Positions 10,179 to 20,405 of a stretch of 64,000 nucleotides of DNA are shown piece after piece; position 1 is the first letter of the stretch; every line of letters begins with the position of its first letter. The DNA lies in NCBI GenBank assembly GCA_025055035.1, contig JANWZB010000003.1, positions 641-64,640 on the forward strand, read 5' to 3'. The position numbers and the translations under genes are program-made. The notes beneath the pieces were generated by a model, which was not told the DNA's origin, ran no database searches, and saw only the letters and a list, made by a program, of their open reading frames with translations. Source of the stretch: Candidatus Kapaibacterium sp. Its GTDB lineage: Bacteria; Bacteroidota; Ignavibacteria; Kapaibacteriales; UBA4661.

Positions 10179-11361
10179 ATTGATACGGCTCTTCGAGCTG
10201 AAGTCCCTTGAGAAGACCTGTTGTGTCAATTGTCCGACTTTTCCACTCAATTTTCCCTCGCTTCACGCGAATGTAGGAATTGATACCAATAGCTATAATG
10301 AACCCGATGCTGATCGGATGGAGTACCACGCTTGCAAAGAGCGGGTGCTTATATTTTACCGCAATAATGAGACGCAGAAGAAGGTTGGAGACAATTATTC
10401 CCAATGAAATCCAGCGATACTCGCCGAACCACACTGTGCAATATGGCAGAATACACGCAGTAAACAATACCACGAGCAACGAAAAGAAGCCAACGGTGCT
10501 GTATCCAACAAGTCCGAACAAGTTCTTTGTAAATCCTGTCCAGACTTGATCGAAACTGTGATACATACGGCAGAACACAAGATTTGTACCAGCAGCAGTT
10601 ATCATGCGTAACCCATGCACCTTCGTTGCTCGACTTAGTTCTATGTCTTCCACAATATGCTGCCGCACAGACAAATGCCCACCTAGCTCCACGTATGCCT
10701 GCCGTGTAAAAGCAATCCACTGCCCATTTGCAGCAGAGAGTGATGGATATGGTAATACGTACGTCAGCCATAGGGGCAGTGCTGCATAGACAAACATATC
10801 CACAACAGGCACGGAAAGTTGCTCAGGCAACGTTTCAGTCTGCTGCTGAGGAAACGCAGAAAGCATACTTAGGTCGTAGCGTTGCATCCAGCGCACGGTA
10901 TTTTCAACGGCATTGGGCGCGTGAGTATTATCAGCATCTGTAAAAATGTAAATTGCTCCGCGCGCTGCAGCACTCAATTGCTGACATGCCCAGTTCTTAC
11001 CCGTCCAGCCGGTAGGCAATGGTCTGCCTGATATAAGACGAACTTGCGGATAATGCTGCGCAAATTCCCGAACAATTTCCGCGGTTTTATCTTCTGAATA
11101 GTCATCTAGCACAATAATTTCCAAATTTTTGTACGTTTGCCCCAACAGTCCAGCCAGACAATTTGCAATTGTTGTTGCCTCATTACGTGCAGGAATAAGA
11201 ACAGAAACAAGAGGATTCGAAGCGTACTGCTCTGGGTATTGTGGTGCCGGAACGTTGCAGAGCATTGGAGCAGTTAAGGCATTGTAGATTGTAATCACAA
11301 AAAACACTGTTATGATGGCAAGCGCCATATAAAGCACTATCGTTATCATGCGTTTTGGCAT
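10165..11361 (-). CDS. family-2 glycosyltransferase with C-terminal multi-TM region
   Basis: VSVLIPARNE and LDDYSEDKT motifs (GT2 DxD context). Hydrophobic C-terminal half. Confidence 0.65.
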   Translation of the reverse strand: MPKRMITIVLYMALAIITVFFVITIYNALTAPMLCNVPAPQYPEQYASNPLVSVLIPARNEATTIANCLAGLLGQTYKNLEIIVLDDYSEDKTAEIVREFAQHYPQVRLISGRPLPTGWTGKNWACQQLSAAARGAIYIFTDADNTHAPNAVENTVRWMQRYDLSMLSAFPQQQTETLPEQLSVPVVDMFVYAALPLWLTYVLPYPSLSAANGQWIAFTRQAYVELGGHLSVRQHIVEDIELSRATKVHGLRMITAAGTNLVFCRMYHSFDQVWTGFTKNLFGLVGYSTVGFFSLLVVLFTACILPYCTVWFGEYRWISLGIIVSNLLLRLIIAVKYKHPLFASVVLHPISIGFIIAIGINSYIRVKRGKIEWKSRTIDTTGLLKGLQLEEPYQFSRE

Positions 11362-11548
11362 TCGATAAAGTACTGTAAAAGATGCTCAAGCATTTGCTGA
11401 ACCGAATATACTCAATTTTCTCCACTTTGTATGGGAGAATTTTCTTCGGGAAAAATCAGTCCAAATTTTGTATTTTCGCTGCGCATCTGTATGTCACCTG
11501 TGCCCATTGCTATTGGCATGAACGATTTATTCGAATTGAGCACTCGCA

Positions 11549-12319
11549 ATGTTATTAGAGCACGCTCCAACATCATTGCCCCTTGTTACCATTGTAACAA
11601 TCTGCTACAATGCTGAACGCTCTATCTGTCCAACAATCGAAAGCGTCATTGCACAAGATTATCCTAACCTAGAGTATATTGTTATAGATGGAGGCTCGAC
11701 AGACAGCACGCCAGCTCTTATTCGTGAGTATGCTGAGGCACGCGGTAGTAGAATCACATGGTGGGTAAGTGAGCAAGACAGTGGAGTGTCGGAAGCCTTC
11801 AATAAAGGAATCGCTCGCCATAGTGGAAAGTATATTGGATTTCTTAATGCCGGAGACTTCTTTGTGTCAGAAGATGCTCTTTCTCGCTTCTTTACAGTCC
11901 TACAAACATCGCCCGATGCCGATATTATCTATGGTAAAGCACGACTGACATTTGAGCATGCAGCAACAAAGCTTGTTGGTTCGCCTTCTCTTCCTAGCCA
12001 CAAGCTGCCTACAGCCCATCAAGCAATCTACTACCACCGACGTATTTGGGAGCGCTTTGGCACATTCAGTATGAACTACCGTTACGCTATGGATTATGAA
12101 CACTACCATCGCGTTAGACATCGCGCCACATGGGTGTTTTCCGATGTAGTGCTTGTGGAGCGTCCTCTAACTTCGGCACGCAATAGTTTTGGTAATCCCG
12201 CGCGCACGTACCGAGAATACCTGCGTGCTGATGTACACCATAAAAATCCCGGAATCGTCTTTAACTGTGTCAAATTCCTACGCGATACAGTACAGCGCCG
12301 AATACAACGTGTATTGTAG
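11549..12319 (+). CDS. family-2 glycosyltransferase
   Basis: VTIVTICYNAE and IVIDGGSTDST motifs. Divergent from the other GT2 gene. Confidence 0.65.
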   Translation: MLLEHAPTSLPLVTIVTICYNAERSICPTIESVIAQDYPNLEYIVIDGGSTDSTPALIREYAEARGSRITWWVSEQDSGVSEAFNKGIARHSGKYIGFLNAGDFFVSEDALSRFFTVLQTSPDADIIYGKARLTFEHAATKLVGSPSLPSHKLPTAHQAIYYHRRIWERFGTFSMNYRYAMDYEHYHRVRHRATWVFSDVVLVERPLTSARNSFGNPARTYREYLRADVHHKNPGIVFNCVKFLRDTVQRRIQRVL

Positions 12320-12363
12320 CACGTGTATTGTAGCCATATTTTCTACTTTCCACATCACCTTCC

Positions 12364-12861
12364 TTGCTACACACAGACATGGGACAGCTTTGGGATAGAA
12401 TACGCCGTATCGGGTCAGCATACCTCAACGATCTGCTCCGCAATGACCCCGATTACACAAACCTTGACCCTACCATACTTGAAGAGCTACGCAGAAGCTC
12501 TTCGTCACACACACGACATAGCGTTATCGAAACGGAGGAAGAGCGGCTTAAACGCCTCATAGACGAGGCAGCCAACTCTCGGCAGAGCAATGCTAAGCAT
12601 CAGCATCAATCCTCTTCCCACAAGCATCGTCAAGCATCACCTAGATACAACGGTATGAGCCTTGACGAAGCCTTGCGTGTTCTCGGTTTACCCTCTCATG
12701 CTAGCACAGACGATATTAAAAGGCAGTATAAAAAGCTCATGATGCAGTATCATCCTGACCGTGTTAGCCAGCTTGACTATACAGCTCAGCAGCAAGCGCG
12801 CGAGAAGGCACAGCGCATCAATGCTGCATACGAGGTTATCAAACACCTAAAATCACTGTAA
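12364..12861 (+). CDS. small J-domain (DnaJ-like) protein
   Basis: C-terminal J domain with HPD tripeptide (YKKLMMQYHPDRV). Confidence 0.55.
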   Translation: MLHTDMGQLWDRIRRIGSAYLNDLLRNDPDYTNLDPTILEELRRSSSSHTRHSVIETEEERLKRLIDEAANSRQSNAKHQHQSSSHKHRQASPRYNGMSLDEALRVLGLPSHASTDDIKRQYKKLMMQYHPDRVSQLDYTAQQQAREKAQRINAAYEVIKHLKSL

Positions 12862-12887
12862 CGCCCATAATTATTCGTTTAGAACAT

Positions 12888-13376
12888 ATGACAATTGCAC
12901 ATTTTCTCGACCAGCTCGACTATACACTGTGGGCAAACAAACGCACACTTGCTAGCATAGAATCCTTGCCTTCTACTGCTTCAGAAGCAGACAGAGCACA
13001 AGCAATCAAGCTTATGTCACATATTGTCGCAGCGCAGTATATCTGGTATGCTCGTGTTTGTGCTCAGCCCAGTGCTGCTCTTCCTGTGTGGGAGAGTATG
13101 ACGCCTGAGGCATTGCACCAGCGTATTCCTGAGGCATATACCCTATGGAAAGAGTATCTATCGAGCAAACAAGACAGCGATCTTTCTACTCTTTCCTTTA
13201 CCTATACAAACACACTTGGCAACGAGTACACCAATACTCTTCTGGAAATTCTTACACACTTTCCCATCCACTCCGCATATCACCGTGCGCAGATTGCTAT
13301 GCTTGTCCGCGCCAATGGCGGAACACCTGCTGTTACGGACTATATTCAATTTGCCCGTGAAGAGCACAAACGATAA
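12888..13376 (+). CDS. DinB/YfiT-like (DinB_2) family protein
   Basis: About 160 aa with His-rich helices typical of the DinB_2 / DUF664 fold. This is not the DinB polymerase. Confidence 0.45.
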   Translation: MTIAHFLDQLDYTLWANKRTLASIESLPSTASEADRAQAIKLMSHIVAAQYIWYARVCAQPSAALPVWESMTPEALHQRIPEAYTLWKEYLSSKQDSDLSTLSFTYTNTLGNEYTNTLLEILTHFPIHSAYHRAQIAMLVRANGGTPAVTDYIQFAREEHKR

Positions 13377-13401
13377 CGCTTCCTCCAATCCATGCGCAGA
13401 T

Positions 13402-14202
13402 ATGTCGTTGCAGTCTCATGACCACCTCCTCAGCATTGCTCAGAAAGCTGCTTTAGAAGCTGGAAACATGCTGAAAGAAGCTTTTGGAACTTCATTTCGC
13501 ATTGACAGCAAAGAAGGCAGACATAACCTCGTTACAGAATATGACCACAGAGCAGAAGATATGATTATTTCATGCATCCACTCTGCTTTCCCCGACCACA
13601 TCTTTCTTGCTGAGGAAAGTGGCTCTACAGGAGCACCCGCTGACACCATACGGTGGATTATCGACCCTCTTGACGGAACTGTCAATTTTGCTCATTCTAT
13701 CCCTATTTTTTGTGTGAGCATTGCCGCCGAACAATCTGGGAAGCTCCTCTGCGGCGTTATCTACGCACCTATGACCAGTGAACTCTTCACAGGAACACAT
13801 GGCGGTGGAGCATACTTGAATGGTCAAGCCCTTTCTGTCTCAACAACTGATAACCTTGAAGATGCTATTCTAGTAACAGGGTTTCCGTACAATGCATGGG
13901 AGAATCCGCAGAATTGCATAGACCACTTCTCTCGCTTTGTCCGTATGGGTCTTCCTGTACGTCGACTAGGCTCAGCAGCTTTAGACCTAGCATACCTCGC
14001 AGCAGGACGCTTCGATGGATACTGGGAAGTAAGCCTCAACGCATGGGATGTAGCGGCAGGAAAGTTACTCCTTCAAGAAGCAGGAGGAATGATAACCCAG
14101 TACGATGGCTCGCCACATAACCTCTACAATGGCACAATGCTCGCAACAAACGGACGGATTCATAAAGCAATGTCGAAGATTTTGACTGAGCAGGTCTCGT
14201 AG
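13402..14202 (+). CDS. suhB: inositol monophosphatase family protein
   Basis: DPLDGTVNFAH and WDVAAG motifs. Start trimmed to MSLQSH, which removes the overlap with the preceding gene. Confidence 0.75.
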   Translation: MSLQSHDHLLSIAQKAALEAGNMLKEAFGTSFRIDSKEGRHNLVTEYDHRAEDMIISCIHSAFPDHIFLAEESGSTGAPADTIRWIIDPLDGTVNFAHSIPIFCVSIAAEQSGKLLCGVIYAPMTSELFTGTHGGGAYLNGQALSVSTTDNLEDAILVTGFPYNAWENPQNCIDHFSRFVRMGLPVRRLGSAALDLAYLAAGRFDGYWEVSLNAWDVAAGKLLLQEAGGMITQYDGSPHNLYNGTMLATNGRIHKAMSKILTEQVS

Positions 14203-14228
14203 CACACAAGAAATTCACAAAGTTACGC

Positions 14229-14870
14229 GTGGGTAAATTTATTCATCATCTGAGTGGTGGTATAGCTATCGGGGCTATCAGTGGTAGCGTTGCGTATTAT
14301 CACCTCCACATACCACTGACCGATGCAGCAGCATGTTCTCTCATCGCGTGTGCCAGCAGCATGCTACCAGACATTGATAGTCCCAATAGCCGACCTAACG
14401 ACATGGCATTCGGGCTTGCAAGCGTATTATCGCCAGTATTTGTCTTACAGGGCATGGGGATTAATCGCTTCACATCATCACAAATTATCCTCATAGCACT
14501 AGGAGTATATGTCGTTGTAAGGTACGGTATACGCAGACTCATGCAAGAATGTTCAGTTCATCGAGGCATGTTTCACAGCATTCCTGCAGCTATTATTTGG
14601 GGTGCGCTCGTATATCAAGCATTTCGGCTTTCACCAGCTCTTATCAAAAACGCAGCTGCAGCAAGCGCTTTGGTAGGATTTATTACACACCTTATTATCG
14701 ACGAAGTCTTCTCGTTTGTTACATTCGATGGCATGCGGATTGCCCCTAAAAAGTCTTTCGGTACGGCGCTCAAGTTTTTCTCCCCCTCGATTCTTGCTAC
14801 TACAACAACATACACTCTCATGGTAATAGTACTCTATGCGTGCTTCCGCGACATGCGTATTGTGCGCTAG
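14229..14870 (+). CDS. membrane-bound metal-dependent hydrolase (DUF457/YdjM-like)
   Basis: Multi-TM protein with conserved His/Asp positions. Likely a non-ATG start. Confidence 0.4.
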   Translation: MGKFIHHLSGGIAIGAISGSVAYYHLHIPLTDAAACSLIACASSMLPDIDSPNSRPNDMAFGLASVLSPVFVLQGMGINRFTSSQIILIALGVYVVVRYGIRRLMQECSVHRGMFHSIPAAIIWGALVYQAFRLSPALIKNAAAASALVGFITHLIIDEVFSFVTFDGMRIAPKKSFGTALKFFSPSILATTTTYTLMVIVLYACFRDMRIVR

Positions 14871-14881
14871 TAGGGGCTTGT

Positions 14882-15661
14882 TTAGAGCACACCTCCTAAT
14901 ACAGCATCAAGGAGCAGGATAGAAGCAGCCGAGAGCGTAAATGAGCGTACTGTGCTCTTGCCAACACCTTCAGCCCCACCGCTTGTCATATATCCCACAT
15001 GACACCCAATAAGCGCCGTTACTCCACCAAATACCGCTGATTTTGTTAGCCCCAGAACGATTTCACCGATGCTGAAAAAGCGCTGAATAGAGTCAAAGAA
15101 CATCTGCACAGAGAAATCAAACTTGAGACTTGTCAGCATATATGCCCCAAGAATAGCAACAACATTAGAAAAGACCGCAAGCACTGGCATCATAGTCAGT
15201 GCGGCAATAACGCGCGGCATGGAAAGATAGCGATTCTTGTCAATTGCCATCATCTCTAGTGCATCTATCTGCTCAGAGACCTGCATCGTTCCTAGCTGTG
15301 CGGTCATTGCTCCACCCACCCTTCCAGCAATCACTAGAGCTGTGAGCACAGGGGTTAGTTCTGTAAATACAACGGTTGCAATAGATCCGCCAATAAATGG
15401 TCGAGCAATACCAATAAGATTAAACTTTGCGAAAAGGTTTGTAGCTTGTAGTGCAGCAATTGCTCCCGTGAATGCACCTATAAGAATAACTAATGGTAGG
15501 GAGTCTGCACCCACAATAGACATTTGCTCGAGTACAAGCTTTCTATCCTTGACTACACGCGGTATATAGCGCACGACTGCACTTAATAATAACACTAGCC
15601 GTCCTACTTCCTCTGCAAAACGCAGAATGCTACGTCCAATACGCTCCACGAGAATAATCAT
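14882..15661 (-). CDS. mlaE: MlaE-family ABC transporter permease (lipid asymmetry maintenance)
   Basis: Begins MIILVERIGR and has a typical MlaE/Ttg2B fold of about 260 aa. Start taken at the Met whose ATG overlaps the upstream stop as TGATG (plus strand 15659-15663 = CATCA). Confidence 0.7.
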   Translation of the reverse strand: MIILVERIGRSILRFAEEVGRLVLLLSAVVRYIPRVVKDRKLVLEQMSIVGADSLPLVILIGAFTGAIAALQATNLFAKFNLIGIARPFIGGSIATVVFTELTPVLTALVIAGRVGGAMTAQLGTMQVSEQIDALEMMAIDKNRYLSMPRVIAALTMMPVLAVFSNVVAILGAYMLTSLKFDFSVQMFFDSIQRFFSIGEIVLGLTKSAVFGGVTALIGCHVGYMTSGGAEGVGKSTVRSFTLSAASILLLDAVLGGVL

Positions 15662-16716
15662 CACACCACCTTTCGTATCCAGAGTGAACTTGCAAGCATA
15701 CATGCTGGGTCGTATGACGGGAGCACACGCTGTAAAGCATGTGGGGCATAATGATGAACATAACTCCCACATAGCATAATCTCGAATGCTGTGTTAAACG
15801 CTAAAAACGCTTGTACAAACGGCGATTCATTCCAAAACTGATGTTGGCGGAAAATCCATACCTCAGGCTCTGGGGTAGCAAAAGGAAAGAACACGTCATG
15901 TATATGAATAACAACACCCTTGTTGAGTTGTGGAAGGACCTCAAGATACAGATACTGAACATCACTATCGAGCTTGAGAACATGGCTTGAATCAATAAAT
16001 AGCACATCGTTTTCTTGTAGCACATGAAATGTTTCGACTGGAACATTTTGGACAACATCCTGAACAAGATGTACTTCGCCCGAATCCGCAAGTTTTTGTA
16101 AGCCTCGTCGCGGATATGGCTCGATGCAGGTCATACTGGCAGCTTTACCGCATTCCACTGTATTACTACGAAGACCCTCCAGCGCAAAAAGTGTCGATAC
16201 TCCTGAACCAACCTCTATCATGTGTCTTGGCTTAATATACCGCAGCACAAGGTAAAGTATGTGCGCATCAACCTCAGAATATCCTTCGCCTAGACCTTGC
16301 TGTACAACCTGTGCATATGCCGGCAGCGACGCTATTTCATGAACATATGGCTCAAGGCACCGCAAGAATGTTTCATGATTTTCAAGCGAAATTGCAACGC
16401 CTGCAAGCGCAGATGGTCTATTCCACCGATGCATCGTCTTGCGAAGTATACGTGTGTTTGGCACAGGACTGTAAAAATGCGATGGCAAAATGCTTAATCC
16501 TAGTAGCTCGCCAAAGGAAAACAACTTTGTCCATAAGAAGTTTTCCCACTTCATCTGGAGAGCTTTTTTAATACCAAGAGCTTGTAAGCGCCGAAACTGA
16601 CGACGAATATCCATACATTGCACCAACTCGTGGACAAAAAGTTGACGATACACAGATTCAATAGCTGTAGATACTACTGAACGATACCCACTGGAGATTG
16701 CACTTTGGCTACGCAT
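15661..16716 (-). CDS. class I SAM-dependent methyltransferase (Methyltransf_24/TylF-like)
   Basis: MIEVGSGVSTLFALEGL SAM-binding motif. Start chosen where the ATG overlaps the gmk stop as TGATG (plus strand 16714-16718 = CATCA). Confidence 0.55.
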   Translation of the reverse strand: MRSQSAISSGYRSVVSTAIESVYRQLFVHELVQCMDIRRQFRRLQALGIKKALQMKWENFLWTKLFSFGELLGLSILPSHFYSPVPNTRILRKTMHRWNRPSALAGVAISLENHETFLRCLEPYVHEIASLPAYAQVVQQGLGEGYSEVDAHILYLVLRYIKPRHMIEVGSGVSTLFALEGLRSNTVECGKAASMTCIEPYPRRGLQKLADSGEVHLVQDVVQNVPVETFHVLQENDVLFIDSSHVLKLDSDVQYLYLEVLPQLNKGVVIHIHDVFFPFATPEPEVWIFRQHQFWNESPFVQAFLAFNTAFEIMLCGSYVHHYAPHALQRVLPSYDPACMLASSLWIRKVV

Positions 16717-17303
16717 CAGCACTGCAGAGGCATAGCATAGCGCTCCACAAGACAACGAGCATGAGCAAAGGCTCTATTTAAATCATCGTTCACGATAACT
16801 TCATCAAACCGCGATTGCTGTTGAAGTTCCATCTCTGCTCGTGCTAAGCGAAGAGCAAGCTGCTCTTGTGATTCTGTATTTCGTGCTCGTAAGCGCTGAG
16901 CAAGTACTTCCATGCTTGGGGGTGCAACAAAAATGAGCAGCGACTCGCGAGGGTATGCTTTTTGCAGGCTTAGTGCACCATTGACGTCAATATCAAATAC
17001 AAGCACTTTGTTTGCTGCAAGTGCTCGTTCTACCTCGCTCCGCAGCGTCCCGTAGTAATTTCCAAAAATGCGCTCATACTCAATGAGCTCTCCACGCTGT
17101 ATTGCGGCTTCAAACTCTTCTACGCTCAGAAAGTAATAATCTTTCCCATCAACCTCATGTTCTCGACGCGGTCGTGTCGTTGCCGAGACAGAAAATTGCA
17201 TAAATGCATATGTGTCTAAAAGATGACGAGCAATTGTTGTTTTACCCGCGCCGCTTGGAGCAGAAAATACAAACAATCGCTTCGAATTTGAGGCATATAC
17301 CAT
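16716..17303 (-). CDS. gmk: guanylate kinase
   Basis: VFSAPSGAGKTT P-loop and Gmk-typical core motifs, 195 aa. Confidence 0.85.
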   Translation of the reverse strand: MVYASNSKRLFVFSAPSGAGKTTIARHLLDTYAFMQFSVSATTRPRREHEVDGKDYYFLSVEEFEAAIQRGELIEYERIFGNYYGTLRSEVERALAANKVLVFDIDVNGALSLQKAYPRESLLIFVAPPSMEVLAQRLRARNTESQEQLALRLARAEMELQQQSRFDEVIVNDDLNRAFAHARCLVERYAMPLQC

Positions 17304-17470
17304 AGAAGTATAGCAGACAATGAAAGCTGTGTCAATGAGACTGAGACTATGCCACTACCAATCGATACTGAACGGAAACATCAGAGTACTTTCTTGACAA
17401 CTACAGCGTGCATCCCCAGTCAACCACACGTCTACAGTACACCGTATGTATAACCGCAAACGCACCGCAA

Positions 17471-18892
17471 CTATGGCACGAAGATCGGCTGCCACCGCTT
17501 CGAGGTACGCGCTTCGTTGCCGAAGGTATTGCGTATAACAATATCAATGTCTGCTGGACGAGACCATTCTATTTGCGGTACTTGCGTAAGAAGAACAGTA
17601 GCTTGAGCCACAATAGCACCATTGCTCTTCTTTACAAGGGCAATATTATCAGGAGGAATTCGTATGCGTTGAGCTACACCATTCTGAGGAGTGATAGTAA
17701 GCTCTACACTACATTTTTTTGGTGGCAGATAATCCACAAATTCTAGCGTCATCTGCACAGCAGACCCATGAGCAGTAGTAGTGCGATAGAACTCAGCGCC
17801 CTTGAACTCAGGCTTACTTTCTAGTGTTATCCGCTGAATTTCCGTGCTCTGCTTCAAATGATCCTCGTGAACGGACGACAGAGTAACAGTGCGAGAAATT
17901 TTTTGACGATTTTTGTCTGCACGAAACCATGGCAATTCATTCATAGTTTGACTAGAGGCACTCACAACACCATCACCTGGCTCAAACATTGCTTCAATAC
18001 CAAAGCCAATAGCTCCTAGGGCTCTTCGCAGCACATCCATAGCAGCCGTTTTACTCAGGTTTTTTCCTTCTTTCCACAGCTCAACCTTGCCAACAACGCT
18101 CACATATTCTACATCGAGAGGATGAGGCACAGAGCCAATTCTCCGCATAAATTCTCCCCCATCTTCAGGACGTTGCAAATCACGAACAGCAGGAGCATCA
18201 GCCGGCACGTCTGTTTCTAACGTAGCAAGAAGCTCCAACGCTTTATCGACAAGAGGCTTCACAACAAAACTAGCATCTTTCGACTTCGCCACCAACGCAG
18301 TCTTCCACTGCCATATACGCGCAAATGGTGAGCCTTGATGCGGTGAGCCAATTGTAATCAAGCGCTCTGTGCGATGGTTGCTGATATTCTTTGTCAAATA
18401 GTACCGCGCTGTTACCCCGCCCATGCTGTAGCCTATCAAGATAACCTTTTCTGCTCTCGTACGCTCAAACACTAGTGGCAAAAACCCTTCAAGTTCACGT
18501 TCCCATGCACCTATTGAATCCACGGGATTAGAAAACGCAACAGTGAAAAAATCTGCATATCCTGTTTGTACTGAACGTTGCGGGACATTATCAATCTTTG
18601 GCTTACCATTCACTATACGCAGAACACCACCATGCACTAAGCCAATTTCTTGTTCGTAATACCTCACAGCATACGCATCCCATACCGATGCCTTCTGTCC
18701 TAAGCCATGCAGAAAGATAATAGGATAAGGAATATGCATCGTTGTGATGTAGTCAACAGGTGGAGCTTCGGACAGGCTTTTGATATATGACATTTGTGAC
18801 GCACAAGCCCACACAAGCACAATAAGCACAATACTCCCACTGCTGTAGCATAACCACCGATGCCTTCTCGACCTAATTACAACAGGATTCAT
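17471..18892 (-). CDS. alpha/beta-hydrolase lipase-like protein with extra C-terminal domain
   Basis: N-terminal signal/TM segment and lipase nucleophile elbow GYSMGG, followed by about 250 aa of unknown function. Confidence 0.45.
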   Translation of the reverse strand: MNPVVIRSRRHRWLCYSSGSIVLIVLVWACASQMSYIKSLSEAPPVDYITTMHIPYPIIFLHGLGQKASVWDAYAVRYYEQEIGLVHGGVLRIVNGKPKIDNVPQRSVQTGYADFFTVAFSNPVDSIGAWERELEGFLPLVFERTRAEKVILIGYSMGGVTARYYLTKNISNHRTERLITIGSPHQGSPFARIWQWKTALVAKSKDASFVVKPLVDKALELLATLETDVPADAPAVRDLQRPEDGGEFMRRIGSVPHPLDVEYVSVVGKVELWKEGKNLSKTAAMDVLRRALGAIGFGIEAMFEPGDGVVSASSQTMNELPWFRADKNRQKISRTVTLSSVHEDHLKQSTEIQRITLESKPEFKGAEFYRTTTAHGSAVQMTLEFVDYLPPKKCSVELTITPQNGVAQRIRIPPDNIALVKKSNGAIVAQATVLLTQVPQIEWSRPADIDIVIRNTFGNEARTSKRWQPIFVP

Positions 18893-19080
18893 AAGACCAT
18901 AATGTACTTCATCGTTTGCCGAACTTATGTATTGCTATCTTAGACATATATTCGCACAAGTAAGCATTTCCCCTACTATCTAGGTTTTTGCTGTACAGTA
19001 CAGAGCCAAGCGCTTTGCTATAAGCGAACATGCGGAGCAAGCATATCGTTGCCCCGCATGTATAAACTCTTGTGCCGATG

Positions 19081-20136
19081 CTATTTTTTCGTGGGAGACT
19101 TCTTCGTTGTAGTCTTTTTCTCAGTACTTGCGGCTTTTTTTTGAGCAGGTGCTTTCGTAGCACGAGATTTAGTCGCTGTAGAAGATTTTGCTATAAGACT
19201 CTGCGGATTGATAAACTCGCTCCACGTATATTCTGATGGTATTATGCGACCTTGTTCTGCAACCTCTATAAGATATTTAGCAGCATGCTCCAGAACCCAC
19301 TCAAAATTCTCAGGCTGTACCGATGAAGCTTCTGCATCGGGAGCCGGATTCAAGAAATCAATTGCGTACGGTACAGCATCTTTTACTGCAAATTCCACAG
19401 TGTCGAAATCATACCCCAGCGCATGGACGATTTTCAGACAAATTTCTTCCAGTTGTTGTTTGCGCTCTGGTGTCAGTGAAAAGTTTGCTACATAGCGCAG
19501 ATGATGAGGATTGCGTGGCTCATAGGGCATAATGTGGACATACTTCTTACCAATGACATAGCAACGATAGTACTCATCAAAGTCTATTCCTGCTTGTAAT
19601 GTCATGCAAATATCCCCTGTTTTGTGATATGCTTCAAAGAATTCTTGCGGGTTATGTACTTTATACACATGCTTCCAGCCACCCCCGCTGTGAGGCTTCA
19701 GAAACGCAGGAAATCCCACATAGTCAAATATTTCTTCCCAGTTTAGCGGAAACTGCAAGTTCCGCATGGATTCACTCGTTGTTGTCGGAGGATGATCTTT
19801 TGAGGGGAGAAGGACAGTATTAGGGATAGGAATGCCTAGCTTAGATGCCAGCGCATAGTTAAAAAATTTGTCATCGGCACTCCACCAAAAGGGATTATTG
19901 ACTACTCGTGTACCATTCAGCATAGCATTCTTGAGCATTGAACGATAAAACGGGATGTCCTGCGAAATACGGTCAAGAATAACATCATATTTCATGATGT
20001 CCGCCATTTTGATTCCGCCAACTTTCACAAATTCTGCACGAATATTCGGCGGCGCGGTGCTATTGATTCGTTCAACCAACGCCGGAGGGAATGATTGCTC
20101 CATGCCGAAGAGCAGACCAATTACTTTCATAGACAT
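19081..20136 (-). CDS. putative ATP-grasp fold protein with C-terminal histone H1-like Lys/Thr-rich tail
   Basis: FPAFLKPHSGGGWKHVYKV resembles an ATP-grasp glycine-rich loop. The last ~35 aa read TATKSRATKAPAQKKAASTEKKTTTKKSPTKK. Start at MSMKVIG. Confidence 0.4.
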   Translation of the reverse strand: MSMKVIGLLFGMEQSFPPALVERINSTAPPNIRAEFVKVGGIKMADIMKYDVILDRISQDIPFYRSMLKNAMLNGTRVVNNPFWWSADDKFFNYALASKLGIPIPNTVLLPSKDHPPTTTSESMRNLQFPLNWEEIFDYVGFPAFLKPHSGGGWKHVYKVHNPQEFFEAYHKTGDICMTLQAGIDFDEYYRCYVIGKKYVHIMPYEPRNPHHLRYVANFSLTPERKQQLEEICLKIVHALGYDFDTVEFAVKDAVPYAIDFLNPAPDAEASSVQPENFEWVLEHAAKYLIEVAEQGRIIPSEYTWSEFINPQSLIAKSSTATKSRATKAPAQKKAASTEKKTTTKKSPTKK

Positions 20137-20405
20137 TGTAGTACCCTTTACACTAAAAGATGAAACATAAGTTGTTATCACACGGCACATTCAATACGCG
20201 CATCCTAGTCTTTGCACACAAGCATCTCTATTGTGCAAGCGATACTCGTAGCATTGGTTCGTCCTAATATTGGTATATTTTTCAGGCGCAAAGATAAAAA
20301 ACTTACACAAGATTCAATGCGATTTCTTTAGTAAGTTTAAGGAAGTTTTTCGCTGTCTTGTTCTCTTGTTCTTTATCCTGCCTCTACGTTCTCCACAAGC
20401 ATGCT

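Noticed and set aside
13216-13401. N-terminal extension of the suhB-like ORF, overlapping the DinB-family gene by 160 nt.
   Set aside because: Inositol monophosphatase homology starts at MSLQSH (13402). The overlap disappears with that start.
18933-18962. Short inverted repeat ATGCGG...CCGCAT downstream of the ATP-grasp-like gene.
   Set aside because: Only a 6-bp stem with an 18-nt loop and no T-tract. Too weak to call a terminator.
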